Source: a bacterium
GTDB lineage: Bacteria > UBA8248 > JACPRG01 > G963555815
DNA: 64,000 nt
Direction: 5' to 3'
Assembly (NCBI GenBank): GCA_963555815.3
Contig: CAUVWX020000002.1
Span: 384,001-448,000, forward strand
The position numbers and the translations under genes are program-made. A model generated the notes under the pieces. That model saw only the letters and a list, made by a program, of their open reading frames with translations. It had not been told where the DNA came from and made no database searches. Positions 27,700-38,049 of the stretch are shown piece after piece. How positions within the stretch are numbered: position 1 is the stretch's first letter; each line of letters opens with the position of its first letter.

Positions 27700-29892
27700 T
27701 TGCGATTCGGGTGTCGGTTCATCCCCGTCTGGGTATGTCTTTGGCTCCTGGGAGGAATTTTAGGGGCGCCGGCGGTCGTGCTGGCTCAGGTCCCTCCCCC
27801 CCCCGCGGAAAGACCGCCCCTGAGGGTGGCTCCCCCGGGAATTCCCCCCGAAGCCCTTCTGCCAAGACAAGAGGCCGAGATCCTGGCCGACTCTCTGGTC
27901 GAGGACGCTGAACGCGGTCTCATCGTAGGAGAGGGTTTTGTCGAGGTCCGCTACCTTCACAATGTCCTTCAGGCAGACCGGGTGGAGATCGATACCGAGA
28001 CAGGAGATGGGGTGGCCATCGGCAATGTGATCTTTGAAGACAGGGAAAGCCGTTTGGTTTGTGATCGGCTGGAGTTCAATCTGCGCTCCCAACAGGGTCT
28101 CCTCTATGGGGTCCACGGTCAGCTGGGGGGCGTTTACAACATCACGGCGCCGAGAATGGATCGGCTAGACCAGAAGCGCTACCGAATACACCAAGGGGGC
28201 TTCACGACCTGCTCGGGGCCGGTTCCCCTCTGGACATTCGGATCCCAGAGCGCTTTCGTCGAGCTAGAGGGGCACGCCTTCATCAACCAGCCCACGTTTT
28301 GGGTGCTGGGTGTCCCGGTCGCCTATATCCCCTACCTCGTGGTCCCCATCCGGACCGAGCGGGCGTCGGGCCTTCTTGTCCCCACCATCGGCTTCGGAGG
28401 CCGCGACGGGTACCGTTATGACCAGGATTTCTTCTGGGCATTTTCGGATCATGGGGACGCCACCGTTGGCGTGGACTATCGCACTCGCAGGGGCTTTGCC
28501 CCCAAGGGGGAGTTCCGCTATCGCCTGGGCGCCGAGACCCTAGGTTCTTTGGATGCTAAATTCCTGAGCGATGATCTGACGAACGAGAGTTTTTATCGCT
28601 TCAGGGGAAACCACGAACAGGAATTCAGCGAGGACTTCCGTGCTTTCTACCGCGCCGAATGGGTAAACCGCGGTGATTTTGACCAGGAATTGGAGCAGGA
28701 CCTTGGCCTGAGGACCCGAAACCGGGTTGAGTCCATAGTGAATGTCGAGAAGAACTGGGATGCCGCCTCAGCCCGCTTCACGGGGCTCTTCCAGGACAGC
28801 ACGGAAAAGATCCAGGATGACTTCTTCCGCCGATTTCCGCAGCTTGAATTCAACCTCTCCCCATCCGCCTGGGACCTGGGCCCCATCGGAGTCGCCACCT
28901 CCCTCGGCACCTCGGCTATCCAGTTCTCCCGCCGGCAGGACCAAATCGAAGACCGCATCTGGCGCCTCGACCTGAGGCCCCGCGTGTCAATTCCCTTTTC
29001 AGGGCTGGGGTGGCTCTCCTTCACCCCCTTTGCCGAGGCCCGCGGCACGTTCTACTCGAGAGGTCGAAACTCGAATGGAAACGAGGTTGCCTCCTTCAGC
29101 CGGGAGCTTTGGCAGACGGGGGCCAGCGCCGATGGCCCCCGTCTTTTTCGAACTTTCGACACGGGGGTCGAAAGGGTGCCGGCCATCCGCCACCTGGCGA
29201 CCACCCGGTTCACATACACCTTCCGACCTGATATCGATCGGGAGGACAGGGGACAGATCGTTCCGTTCGATGGTGTGGACGATATTTCGCCGACGAACAG
29301 CATTCAGTACACCTGGGAACACAGATTTCTCGCCAGGGTCGAAAAAGAGGATGGCGTCTTTGAGACCCAGGACGTACTGGACATCACCCTCTCTCAGAGC
29401 CTGAACCTCAACGAGTTCACCGAGTCCACGGGAGGTCGCCAGCGTCGCCCCCTAAGCGACTTGACCCTTTCGACCCAATTCCGACCCTTTTCGCTCTGGC
29501 GCCTCGGTTTCAGCGCCAGCTACGACATTTACGATGAGATTGTGGAGAGCTACCGGATCAGTGTGGACGTGCGCCAGGGAAGGGCATGGTTCCTGCGGTT
29601 TGAGGACAGCTTCAACAACCGAACGGATGAGCTATTCATCAGCGCAGCGGGGGGTATTCGGCTCTTCGACGTGTGGCATGCCGAGACCAACCTAATCTGG
29701 GATGGAGATCAGAGAGAGCTCCTTGAGCAGGACTACCGCCTGCGCTTCCAATCCTGCTGCTGGGGATTCGATCTCGGCATCCAGGATCGACCACAGGAGA
29801 CGGTTTTCTTCTTCTCATTCAACCTGGTGGGGGTCTTTGGCGCGGCGGATGCCCCGATATTCCAGTTCGGGGGATCTGAAACCTCTCCCTAG
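27700..29892 (+). CDS. lptD: LPS-assembly protein LptD
   Basis: Signal peptide, FTTC, RASGLLVP, beta-barrel pattern, QSCCWG; probable TTG start at 27700 (ORF open from 27643). Confidence 0.88.
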   Translation: MRFGCRFIPVWVCLWLLGGILGAPAVVLAQVPPPPAERPPLRVAPPGIPPEALLPRQEAEILADSLVEDAERGLIVGEGFVEVRYLHNVLQADRVEIDTETGDGVAIGNVIFEDRESRLVCDRLEFNLRSQQGLLYGVHGQLGGVYNITAPRMDRLDQKRYRIHQGGFTTCSGPVPLWTFGSQSAFVELEGHAFINQPTFWVLGVPVAYIPYLVVPIRTERASGLLVPTIGFGGRDGYRYDQDFFWAFSDHGDATVGVDYRTRRGFAPKGEFRYRLGAETLGSLDAKFLSDDLTNESFYRFRGNHEQEFSEDFRAFYRAEWVNRGDFDQELEQDLGLRTRNRVESIVNVEKNWDAASARFTGLFQDSTEKIQDDFFRRFPQLEFNLSPSAWDLGPIGVATSLGTSAIQFSRRQDQIEDRIWRLDLRPRVSIPFSGLGWLSFTPFAEARGTFYSRGRNSNGNEVASFSRELWQTGASADGPRLFRTFDTGVERVPAIRHLATTRFTYTFRPDIDREDRGQIVPFDGVDDISPTNSIQYTWEHRFLARVEKEDGVFETQDVLDITLSQSLNLNEFTESTGGRQRRPLSDLTLSTQFRPFSLWRLGFSASYDIYDEIVESYRISVDVRQGRAWFLRFEDSFNNRTDELFISAAGGIRLFDVWHAETNLIWDGDQRELLEQDYRLRFQSCCWGFDLGIQDRPQETVFFFSFNLVGVFGAADAPIFQFGGSETSP

Positions 29893-30014
29893 GTCCTGCT
29901 GAATCATGGACCGGCATAATCTGTTGATTCCAAACCAAGCGTATGGTAGCGTATTTTTGGGAGGAGTTGTGTTTCTCTTCGAAGTTTGGTGACCTCTCTA
30001 GGGCCTGGAAAAGG

Positions 30015-30881
30015 ATGGGCCAAACGTCGGAACCCGAAGAAAGGGACTATCGGCAAGTCACCGAAGACTCTCTCTCCTCCTACCTCAGGGATATTCGGGG
30101 CATCCCGGTCCTGAGCCGTAAGGAGGAGCAAGTCCTGGCAAGGCGGGTCCGCGCGGGCAATATGAAGGCTAAGGATCAGCTCATCCGCAGCAACCTGAAA
30201 TATGTGGTGAGTGTTGCCAACAAGTACAAAGGTTGTGGCCTCTCGCTCCTCGACCTCATCAACGAGGGCAACATCGGTCTCATCCAGGCGACCAGACGCT
30301 TTGACCCTGACAGAGGGGTGAAGTTCATCACTTATGCTGTGTGGTGGATCCGTCAGTCCATCATGCACGCCCTCGCCGAACAAGCGGGAACGGTCCGCCT
30401 GCCCATCAAGCAGGCCGGCAAGCTGTACCGGATTGGGGCGAAATATCAGGAACTGAAGCAGACCCAAGGCCGCGAACCCACCACAGAGGAACTGGCCTCA
30501 GAGTTGGATCAGACCGCCGCGCAAATCGATTCCATCTTGCGGGTCTACCGGAACCATCTGTCCCTGGATGCCCCCATCACAGACGGCGGTGAGACCACCT
30601 ACATCGATCTCCTGGAATCTAAGGATATGCCGTCTGTGGAGGACCACTTGGTCCGGAGCTCCCTCACCCAGGAGATCGACCATCTCCTTAAAGAGCTTCC
30701 AGCCCGGGAGGAGCAGATCCTGCGCATGCGGTTCGGCTTTCAAGGAGAGCCCATGACACTCGAGCAGATTGGCAAGAAGGTCAGACTCTCCCGCGAACGC
30801 GTCCGCCAGATTGAGAAAAAGGCCAAGCACAGCCTGATGGCGCGGGCGCGCGTAAAAGCGCTGCAGGATTATCTGAACTAG
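30015..30881 (+). CDS. Sigma-70 family factor lacking region 1.1 (RpoS/RpoD-like)
   Basis: NLKYVVSVA, DLINEGNIGL, FITYAVWWIRQ, SRERVRQIE. Confidence 0.93.
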   Translation: MGQTSEPEERDYRQVTEDSLSSYLRDIRGIPVLSRKEEQVLARRVRAGNMKAKDQLIRSNLKYVVSVANKYKGCGLSLLDLINEGNIGLIQATRRFDPDRGVKFITYAVWWIRQSIMHALAEQAGTVRLPIKQAGKLYRIGAKYQELKQTQGREPTTEELASELDQTAAQIDSILRVYRNHLSLDAPITDGGETTYIDLLESKDMPSVEDHLVRSSLTQEIDHLLKELPAREEQILRMRFGFQGEPMTLEQIGKKVRLSRERVRQIEKKAKHSLMARARVKALQDYLN

Positions 30882-30957
30882 CCCCGGGGGCATGCCAGCT
30901 GTGGCCGGGGGGCCCATTCGGAGAACACCCGATCTCGAGAGGTTGAAGACTCGGCCG

Positions 30958-31551
30958 ATGACTCAATTCGCTCAAAAGACTAAGCTTCGTTGGGTCGTTC
31001 CCCAGACGAAACTTTCTACACCCAACAAGATCACTATCCTTCGGATCTTCCTTGCGCCGGCCCTCGTCATCATCTTCCTCTCCCCCACCTTGTGGAGCGC
31101 CCACCTGGCGGCTTTGCTCATCGCGCTCGGCTCGCTTTCGGACTGGCTCGACGGCCATCTGGCCAGGCGATGGTCGGCTGAGACCGACCTCGGACGCCTC
31201 CTGGACCCCCTCGCAGACAAGCTCCTCCTCATTGCCGCCCTGGTCCCACTGGTGGCCTTGGACCGAGTGCCGGTCTGGATGGCAGCTATCCTCATCGGTC
31301 GGGACATGGCCGTCACAGGCATGAGGGCAGTGAGCGCAAAGCGGGGGCTTGTCATCAGTTCAAGCCGCGTGGGAAAACACAAGACCGGCCTGCAGGTGAT
31401 CGCCGTCATCCTGCTCATCTTGGACTACCATTGGGTTGGCCCGAGCTTCTGGGTCCTCGGAATGATTCTCCTGTCGGTATCGCTGGTCCTGAGCCTCCTC
31501 TCTGGGTTTGATTATTCCCGTCAAGTCTGGCGCCAGGTAGAACCACGCTGA
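30958..31551 (+). CDS. pgsA: Phosphatidylglycerophosphate synthase
   Basis: PNKITILR, DWLDGHLAR, GRLLDPLADK, GKHKT. Confidence 0.9.
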   Translation: MTQFAQKTKLRWVVPQTKLSTPNKITILRIFLAPALVIIFLSPTLWSAHLAALLIALGSLSDWLDGHLARRWSAETDLGRLLDPLADKLLLIAALVPLVALDRVPVWMAAILIGRDMAVTGMRAVSAKRGLVISSSRVGKHKTGLQVIAVILLILDYHWVGPSFWVLGMILLSVSLVLSLLSGFDYSRQVWRQVEPR

Positions 31552-31571
31552 GCCTGCTGGATCCCACGTCC

Positions 31572-32153
31572 ATGGCCTGGCTCCTCGCCCTGGGAAGCTA
31601 TCTGCTCGGGTCGATCCCCTTCGGCCTCCTCCTTGCCAAGGTTCACGGGGTGGAGATCCGAAGCAGGGGCACCGGCAACATCGGGGCCAGCAATGTGGCC
31701 CGATCCATCGGACTCGGCAAGGGGGTTCTCGTCCTGCTGGGTGACACGGGCAAAGGGTTCCTGCCGGCCTTTGTGGCAGCGGCCTTGGGGCTCTCGGCGG
31801 GATGGACGGGGACGATGGCTTTGGTGGCGATCCTGGGGCATGTCTATCCGCCCTGGCTTCGCTTTCGTGGCGGGAAGGGGGTTGCCACTACCTGGGGGGC
31901 CTTCCTGGCGGTGGCTCCCTTGTCGGCCCTTGCGGCGGCCGGGCTCTTCGGCCTCGTCTTCGCCCTCACCCGGAAGATTTCCCCAGCTTCAATGCTCGCA
32001 GCCGTCTCACTTCCCATCCTGGTGTTGGCCTTCGGGGGATCTACCCCCCATGTGTGGGCGGGAGGCCTCGCCGCTCTTCTCATCGTCGTACGCCACAGTG
32101 AAAACCTCAGACGCCTCCGGGCAGGTCAAGAGCCAGGCTTTTTCTCAGGGTGA
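31572..32153 (+). CDS. plsY: Glycerol-3-phosphate acyltransferase PlsY
   Basis: YLLGSIPFG, GTGNIGASN, GGKGVAT, RHSENLRRL. Confidence 0.95.
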   Translation: MAWLLALGSYLLGSIPFGLLLAKVHGVEIRSRGTGNIGASNVARSIGLGKGVLVLLGDTGKGFLPAFVAAALGLSAGWTGTMALVAILGHVYPPWLRFRGGKGVATTWGAFLAVAPLSALAAAGLFGLVFALTRKISPASMLAAVSLPILVLAFGGSTPHVWAGGLAALLIVVRHSENLRRLRAGQEPGFFSG

Positions 32154-32207
32154 ATCAGAAGTCCGACGAAGGTGTGCTGGTTAGTGCCCTTCCCTTCTTG
32201 ACTTGTC

Positions 32208-32629
32208 TTAGTCGCTCGGCAAAACCATCAGGAGGCGGCGGGTTGCTCCCCCGGGCAGAAAAAGCCCTTCCTCTCGGCCTGAACCGCCCTCAACCTTGGC
32301 CCTCACCCGATAGGAGCCCGGGGGGAGGTCGATAAAGAACCAAGGGCCTGTGGAGCGGGCCCTGAAAATAGTATTTCCGCGAACGTCCAGAATCCTGACG
32401 TCGATGAAGGTGAGATAGGCTGCCCTGGCGTTGGTAAATTCCAGGAAAAGGGGAAAGCCGACGATCCGGACATCTCGAGAATCCTGGCCGATCTCTGTGC
32501 TGTAATAGGCGATCCCGTCCGCACGGCTCAGGGGTAAGTCATCCTTCTCGACCACCTCTGCTCCGCCCAACCACTCGAGGTGGCCAAAAAGAAAACCCCG
32601 ACTGCCAGAACCCCAGTCCATCGTTTCAT
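32208..32629 (-). CDS. Secreted protein with a carboxypeptidase-regulatory-like beta domain; frameshift after the signal peptide (~32566)
   Basis: GGGAG RBS + MKRWTGVLAVGVFFLATSSGW in one frame; mature part ...GPWFFIDLPPGSYRVRA in another. Confidence 0.65.
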
Positions 32630-32724
32630 GATTATCTCCCCGAATTCGAACCCAGATTTTAAGCCACCCCGTCAATGTATAAATATACCCAGAACCGTTT
32701 GAGAAACAAGGCGAAAAGGTAATC

Positions 32725-32753
32725 TTGACATGCTTTTTGGGACCGGATAGGGT
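32725..32753 (+). promoter_or_regulatory. Sigma70 promoter of the tRNA pair
   Basis: TTGACA-17 nt-TAGGGT. Confidence 0.6.
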
Positions 32754-32785
32754 AAGGTGAATAGCGGCCGACAAATAAAAAGCGT

Positions 32786-32860
32786 GCGGGAGTAGCTCAG
32801 TGGTAGAGCACTGCCTTGCCAAGGCAGGGGTCGCGGGTTCAAATCCCGTTTCCCGCTCCA
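32786..32860 (+). tRNA. tRNA-Gly(GCC)
   Basis: GCGGGAG acceptor stem, CTGCC-TTGCCAA-GGCAG anticodon arm, GGTTCAAAT, CCA end. Confidence 0.98.
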
Positions 32861-32917
32861 AAACTGAATTCTTGGGGACTGGCGACCATTCTCCAAGCTA
32901 AAAGAAGGGGGCTACCC

Positions 32918-32991
32918 GGCGGCATAGCCAAGTGGTAAGGCAGAGGCCTGCAAAGCCTTCATCCCCGGTTCGAATCCGGGTGCCGCCTCCA
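32918..32991 (+). tRNA. tRNA-Cys(GCA)
   Basis: GGCGGCA/TGCCGCC acceptor stem, CTGCAAA loop, GGTTCGAAT, CCA end. Confidence 0.98.
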
Positions 32992-32997
32992 ACCTCA

Positions 32998-33042
32998 GAA
33001 AAGACCCGGCTGGTGATCGAAGTTGGCCGGGTCTTTTTCTTT
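32998..33042 (+). terminator. Rho-independent terminator after the tRNAs
   Basis: AAAAGACCCGGC...GCCGGGTCTTTTTCTTT. Confidence 0.85.
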
Positions 33043-33190
33043 CGAAAGCCCGTGGTAGAGAAAGCGGCCTTCATTCCCTTTGCTCCTCTGAGCAGGGTTG
33101 ATATGATCCAGAAGCTGGGTTTTCCCTGTGAAGGCCGCAGGGAAAAAGTACTCGGGTTCCCTGAAGCTCCAGACGGTTGGGGAGATTCGG

Positions 33191-34441
33191 ATGCGGATCA
33201 TCGCCGACCTTCATCTTCATTCCAAATACAGCCGCGCGACCAGCCCAGAGCTAGAAGTTGTGACGGTGAGCCGGTGGGCCCGGCGAAAGGGGATCCACCT
33301 CATGGGGACCGCCGACTTCACCCATCCCACCTATCTCGCCTATCTCAAGGCGGAGCTTGAGCCTTCTGGAAATGGTCTCTTCTCTGCCAAAAGGGGTGCC
33401 CCTGAGGTCTCTTTCATGTTGACGGTAGAAGTGAGCAATATCTTCCGCCAGGGGGGACGCCTGCGAAAAGTTCACACCATCCTATTCGCCCCGAGCTTTG
33501 AGGTCGTGGATCGCCTCAACGCACGGCTCGCGAAACGAGGGAAGCTCTCCGCCGATGGCCGCGCCACCTTCACCTTCCCCGTAAAAGACCTGGTGAAATT
33601 GGTGCTAGACGTCTCGCCCGACTTCCTTCTCGTCCCCGCCCACGTCTGGACGCCCTGGTTTTCCCTCTTCGGGGCCAACTCAGGCTTCGATTCCCTAGAG
33701 GAGTGCTTTGAAGAGGAGGCGGGGCATATCTATGCCATCGAGACGGGCCTCTCTTCAGACCCAGCCATGAATTGGCGCGTTTCGGCCCTCGACCGGCTCA
33801 CGCTCATCTCCAACTCCGACGCCCACTCCCCTTCCCGGATTGGCCGGGAAGCCAATGTCCTTGACTCCGACCTCGACTACTGGCAGATCACCGACGCCAT
33901 CAAAGGAAAGGGTCCTGGCCGCCTTCTTCACACGATTGAGTTCTTCCCAGAGGAGGGGAAATACCACTTGGACGGCCACCGAAATTGCGGCGTTTCGCTG
34001 CAACCCGAGGCGACCCGAAAGATGCACTGCCGCTGTCCACACTGCCAGCGGCCCCTCACCATAGGAGTCCTGCATCGGGTGGAATCCCTCGCCGACCGGC
34101 CGAAGGGATATGTTCCGAAGAACGCCACCTCACCCAGACACCTGATCCCCCTTGAGGAAATCCTGGCCGAGGTTCTGGGAATCGCGTCTGGGACCAAGGG
34201 AGTTCGTCGAGCGTATGAGGCCTTGACCGATGCCGGTGGATCAGAGTTCCAGATCCTCCTCGACCTTCCCGAGGAAGAGCTCCTGCGCGTCGCCCAACCC
34301 CGGGTCGCCGAAGCCATCCTCCGGGTCCGTCAGGGCCAGCTCAAAATCAAGCCCGGGTATGATGGCGTTTATGGTCAGATTCAAATCTTTGGTGAATCGA
34401 AGGAAGAAAAGGAAGCCCGCGACCAGATGGCCTTCTCCTAA
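33191..34441 (+). CDS. Endonuclease Q family (PHP + Zn-binding) protein
   Basis: ADLHLHSKYSRATS, GTADFTHP, ETGLSSD, NSDAHS, GKYH...C...CPHC, PGYDGVYG. Confidence 0.9.
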   Translation: MRIIADLHLHSKYSRATSPELEVVTVSRWARRKGIHLMGTADFTHPTYLAYLKAELEPSGNGLFSAKRGAPEVSFMLTVEVSNIFRQGGRLRKVHTILFAPSFEVVDRLNARLAKRGKLSADGRATFTFPVKDLVKLVLDVSPDFLLVPAHVWTPWFSLFGANSGFDSLEECFEEEAGHIYAIETGLSSDPAMNWRVSALDRLTLISNSDAHSPSRIGREANVLDSDLDYWQITDAIKGKGPGRLLHTIEFFPEEGKYHLDGHRNCGVSLQPEATRKMHCRCPHCQRPLTIGVLHRVESLADRPKGYVPKNATSPRHLIPLEEILAEVLGIASGTKGVRRAYEALTDAGGSEFQILLDLPEEELLRVAQPRVAEAILRVRQGQLKIKPGYDGVYGQIQIFGESKEEKEARDQMAFS

Positions 34442-34522
34442 TAGTCCCCCATCGCTCAGCGAGACATCGTGATGCTTCGAAGAAGCGGACCTCTGGCGAT
34501 CAACCAAACAAGGTGATCTTGA

Positions 34523-35221
34523 ATGCCCATTATTCTCTTCGACATCGACGGGACGCTCATCCACTCGGGGAAAGCCGGCCGAAAAGCCTTCGAAGGAGTT
34601 TTTGAGGAGCTCTACGGCTGGCGGAAAGCCCTCTCTGGGGTCCCTGTTGAAGGCCACACGGACCCGGCCACCGTCAAGACGGCCTTCCAAAAACATCGAG
34701 GAGAACCCCCCACAGAGGCGGAACTCTCCCAGGTCTTTGAACTCTATGTCAAAAAACTTTTCGGGGAAGTCCAAAATTCCAGGGGTTTCAGAGTCCTCCC
34801 CGGTGTTGAATCGCTCCTTGAACGCCTCTTCCAAAAGGCCGGCGTGGGGATTGGGATTGCCACAGGAAACATCGAGGCGGGCGCCCGGATCAAATTGGCG
34901 AGGGCTGGACTCAACCGCTATCTCCCCTTCGGCGGGTTTGGCTCCGATTCATCGAACAGGACGACCCTCACACGGATCGCCATCGAGCGGGGTCGGAAAA
35001 ACCTCCCGGAAGCCGGGGGGCTGGACGAAGCCCTGGTGGTGGGAGATACCCCCCTCGATGTGGAGAGCGGGCGGGGGGCTGGGGCGCGGACGGTGGGCGT
35101 GGCCACAGGTCTTTGGATCGCAGAAGATCTCTCCCGGGCCGGTGCAGACGTCGTCCTCAGCGATTTAACCGACACGGAGGCTTTCCTGTCGCTTCTGGAC
35201 GGGGTCCACCCTCCTGATTAA
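34523..35221 (+). CDS. HAD family hydrolase
   Basis: LFDIDGTL, ATGN, VGDTPLD. Confidence 0.9.
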   Translation: MPIILFDIDGTLIHSGKAGRKAFEGVFEELYGWRKALSGVPVEGHTDPATVKTAFQKHRGEPPTEAELSQVFELYVKKLFGEVQNSRGFRVLPGVESLLERLFQKAGVGIGIATGNIEAGARIKLARAGLNRYLPFGGFGSDSSNRTTLTRIAIERGRKNLPEAGGLDEALVVGDTPLDVESGRGAGARTVGVATGLWIAEDLSRAGADVVLSDLTDTEAFLSLLDGVHPPD

Positions 35222-35231
35222 AAGGAAAAAC

Positions 35232-36524
35232 TTGGCGGTGAAGATCGCCCTCATCATCCTGGACGGGATTGCCGACCGGCCCTATCGCGAGCTCGGTGGG
35301 AAAACCCCCCTCGAAGCCGCCTCGACGCCGGCTCTGGACGCCTTCGCAACCCGTGGGGCAAACGGTCTCTATCACGCCGTCTCGCCCGGTGTCGCCTGCC
35401 CCAGCGAGTTGGCCCACTGGCGGATCTTCGGCTATCGGTCGGAGGAATTTCCGGGACGGGGGGCCATCGAGGCCATGGGTTTTAGTGTCCCCTTTGAGCC
35501 GCAGGAGGTTTGCCTCCTTGCCAACTTATCGGCCGCACGAGAGAAAAACGGCGCCCTTTGGGTAATAGAGCCCAGGGTCCCCCTGCCCGAAGCGGCGTGG
35601 GCGGAGGCTTTTAGCCGGATCTCTTCCTTTGAGGCCAAAAAGCTTCGCCTAAAACTTCATCGGACCCGGGGGCCCGATGCCATCCTTGTCCTAGAGGCGC
35701 CCGCCAGCCCTCTGGTGACCGACGCCGACACCTGCCGTTCCAACCAACCTGTCGCCACCATCACACCCCGCTCGGAGGCGGAGGGAGACACGAATGCCAG
35801 GCAGACCTCCGACTTTCTGAATGACTATTTGAGGTGGGCCTATCGAACCCTAGGGGACCTTCCGGCAAGGGAGCCGGGCGAAAAGCTTGCCCTTATCTGC
35901 CAGCGGGCGGGCCAGCGGCGAAATCTTCCCTCCTTCGCCCACCGGTTCGGCATGCGCGGAGCCACGGTCTCTTCGGGGGCCATCTATAAGGGCATCGCGG
36001 AGACCCTTGGCTGGACCGCGGCCCCAGCTCCCTCCCTGGAAGATCCCGGGCAAGAGCTTCGAGAGCGGCTCGAGCTGGCGGAGCGGCTTTTTGAGGATCA
36101 CGATTTCGTTCACATCCACACCAAGGCTGCTGATGAGGCGGCCCACACGGGCGAGCCCAGGCACAAGGCAAAAACCATTGAGTCCCTCGACCGAGGGTGC
36201 AAAGAGACCCTGGCCAGATGGGCTGAATTAGAAGACCGGGTGACAGTCGTCACGGCCGACCACGCCACCCCCAGCCAGGGTCCCCTCATCCATTCGGGGG
36301 AGGAGGTCCCCCTGGCCATCACCGGCCTTCGGGTCCCCCAGGACTCTGTCCGCCTCTTCGGCGAGGGTCCAGCCGCCTCGGGCCGCCTGGGTCACCTTCG
36401 GGGGGGAGATCTCATGCCGCTTCTTCTGAACTTTGCGGACCGATGTGAAGTCCTGGGTCTCCGTTCAACCCCGGATCCCCTCCCCTATTTTCCTGGATCC
36501 ATCGAGCCCCTTCGTCTGAAATAA
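35232..36524 (+). CDS. Cofactor-independent phosphoglycerate mutase, archaeal (ApgM-like) type
   Basis: ILDGIAD...GKTPLEAA.TP, PSELAH, GRGAIEA, DEAAH, TADHATP, HS. Confidence 0.82.
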   Translation: MAVKIALIILDGIADRPYRELGGKTPLEAASTPALDAFATRGANGLYHAVSPGVACPSELAHWRIFGYRSEEFPGRGAIEAMGFSVPFEPQEVCLLANLSAAREKNGALWVIEPRVPLPEAAWAEAFSRISSFEAKKLRLKLHRTRGPDAILVLEAPASPLVTDADTCRSNQPVATITPRSEAEGDTNARQTSDFLNDYLRWAYRTLGDLPAREPGEKLALICQRAGQRRNLPSFAHRFGMRGATVSSGAIYKGIAETLGWTAAPAPSLEDPGQELRERLELAERLFEDHDFVHIHTKAADEAAHTGEPRHKAKTIESLDRGCKETLARWAELEDRVTVVTADHATPSQGPLIHSGEEVPLAITGLRVPQDSVRLFGEGPAASGRLGHLRGGDLMPLLLNFADRCEVLGLRSTPDPLPYFPGSIEPLRLK

Positions 36525-36648
36525 TTTCGGGCGATCCCACTGAACACCCTGGTGGCAGAAAGCAAATATTGTAAAGAGAGGGGAAAATATCTACCCTAGG
36601 GAAAAGATTCTCTGATAGAGAAAAAGAGTTCTTTTCTGGGAGGAAAGA

Positions 36649-38049
36649 ATGTTTTTCGTTCGGCCTCTTTTGTTTTTCTGGGTAATGGCGGCAAGCCTTG
36701 TTCTTAGTGGAGGCCAGGGCCTTGCTTCAAGCCCGGACGTCCCCTGGGATGTTGAAGAGCACGTCTTGCCAAACGGGCTCAAGATTCTTCTCTTCGTCGA
36801 GGACCGGGCCCCCGTGGTGACTTCGATGATCTGGTACCGCGTGGGCGCTCGGAACGAGCTCCCGGGGTTCACCGGAATGGCCCACATGGTGGAGCACATG
36901 ATGTTCAAGGGGACCGACCGCTTTGGACCAAAAATCTTCTCCAATCGGGTTCAGCGAAACGGCGGCCGCCACAACGCCTTCACCAGCCATGATTACACCG
37001 CCTATTTCGAGCGCATGGCCTCCGACCGGGTGGGCGTCGCCTTTGAGCTTGAGGCGGATCGGATGCGCCACCTCCTCCTCGCCCCCAAGGATTTCCTGCT
37101 GGAGCGAGACGTGGTCCGGGAGGAGCGAAGGCGCTCCATCGAGGACAACCCCGTTCGGCTCCTTTGGGAGAATCTGAGGGCCGCTGCTTTCAAGGCCCAT
37201 CCTTATGGTTGGCCGATTATCGGATGGGCCTCGGACATCGAGCAGTTCGATGTCGAGACGGCCCGACAGTTTTATCAGTCCTATTATTCCCCGAGCAACG
37301 CCGTTCTCGTAGTGGTCGGCTCCTTTGATCCCCCCTCCCTCCTTGAGCAGATCCGAAAGGAATTTGATTCTATCCCGAGGGGCTTCACGCCCCCGAATCT
37401 CCGGGCGAAGGAGCCCTCCCAGCGTGGCGAGCGCCGCATCCTCGTCAAGAAGGAAGCCCAACTCCCTTATGTAGGGGTTGCCTATCACGTTCCGAACGTC
37501 GAGTCTCCCGACGCCTACGCCCTCGAGGTCCTGGCGGAGGTCCTGGGCGGGGGGAGAAGCGGACGCCTCAGGCAGGAGCTGGTGGAGAAGCGCCAACTCG
37601 CCCTCTCAGCCGGTGCGGGCTACTCTCTCATCTCCGCCGATCCCGAACTCTTTACGCTCTCGGCCCAACCGACCCAGGGGGTCAGCGCCGAGGTGGCCGA
37701 AGAGGCCCTTTACGAGGTCGTGGAGCGGATCAAAAGGGAGGGGGTTGGCGAGGAGGAGCTGAAGCGGGTCAAGCGGCGAATCTCCGCTCAGCACGTCATG
37801 CAGCTTGACTCCCAGTTCTTCCGGGCCCTCGCCCTTGGCCGGGCGGAGACAATCGGCTCCTGGCGGCTCGTCACAGAGTTTTTGCCCAACATCCGAAAGA
37901 TCACGTCTGAAGATATTCAGCGGGTCGCCCAAAAATATATGCTTAAGGAAAACCGGACTGTGGGATTCCTGGTCCCGCTTCCCATCACGACGTCGCGTCA
38001 AGAGACCCCACCCTCCCCTTCACCCCATGGACGGGGGGAAGCGCGATGA
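36649..38049 (+). CDS. M16B zinc peptidase, catalytic subunit
   Basis: HMVEHMMFKGT (HxxEH), NAFTS, EADRM; signal peptide. Confidence 0.93.
   Translation: MFFVRPLLFFWVMAASLVLSGGQGLASSPDVPWDVEEHVLPNGLKILLFVEDRAPVVTSMIWYRVGARNELPGFTGMAHMVEHMMFKGTDRFGPKIFSNRVQRNGGRHNAFTSHDYTAYFERMASDRVGVAFELEADRMRHLLLAPKDFLLERDVVREERRRSIEDNPVRLLWENLRAAAFKAHPYGWPIIGWASDIEQFDVETARQFYQSYYSPSNAVLVVVGSFDPPSLLEQIRKEFDSIPRGFTPPNLRAKEPSQRGERRILVKKEAQLPYVGVAYHVPNVESPDAYALEVLAEVLGGGRSGRLRQELVEKRQLALSAGAGYSLISADPELFTLSAQPTQGVSAEVAEEALYEVVERIKREGVGEEELKRVKRRISAQHVMQLDSQFFRALALGRAETIGSWRLVTEFLPNIRKITSEDIQRVAQKYMLKENRTVGFLVPLPITTSRQETPPSPSPHGRGEAR

Noticed and set aside
32630..32861. N-terminal extension of ORF 32208-32861 (MERETGFEPAT...)
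   Set aside because: It is the antisense translation of tRNA-Gly
32786..33190. Genomic island integrated at the tRNA genes
   Set aside because: No integrase, no duplicated tRNA 3' end seen and no compositional shift downstream
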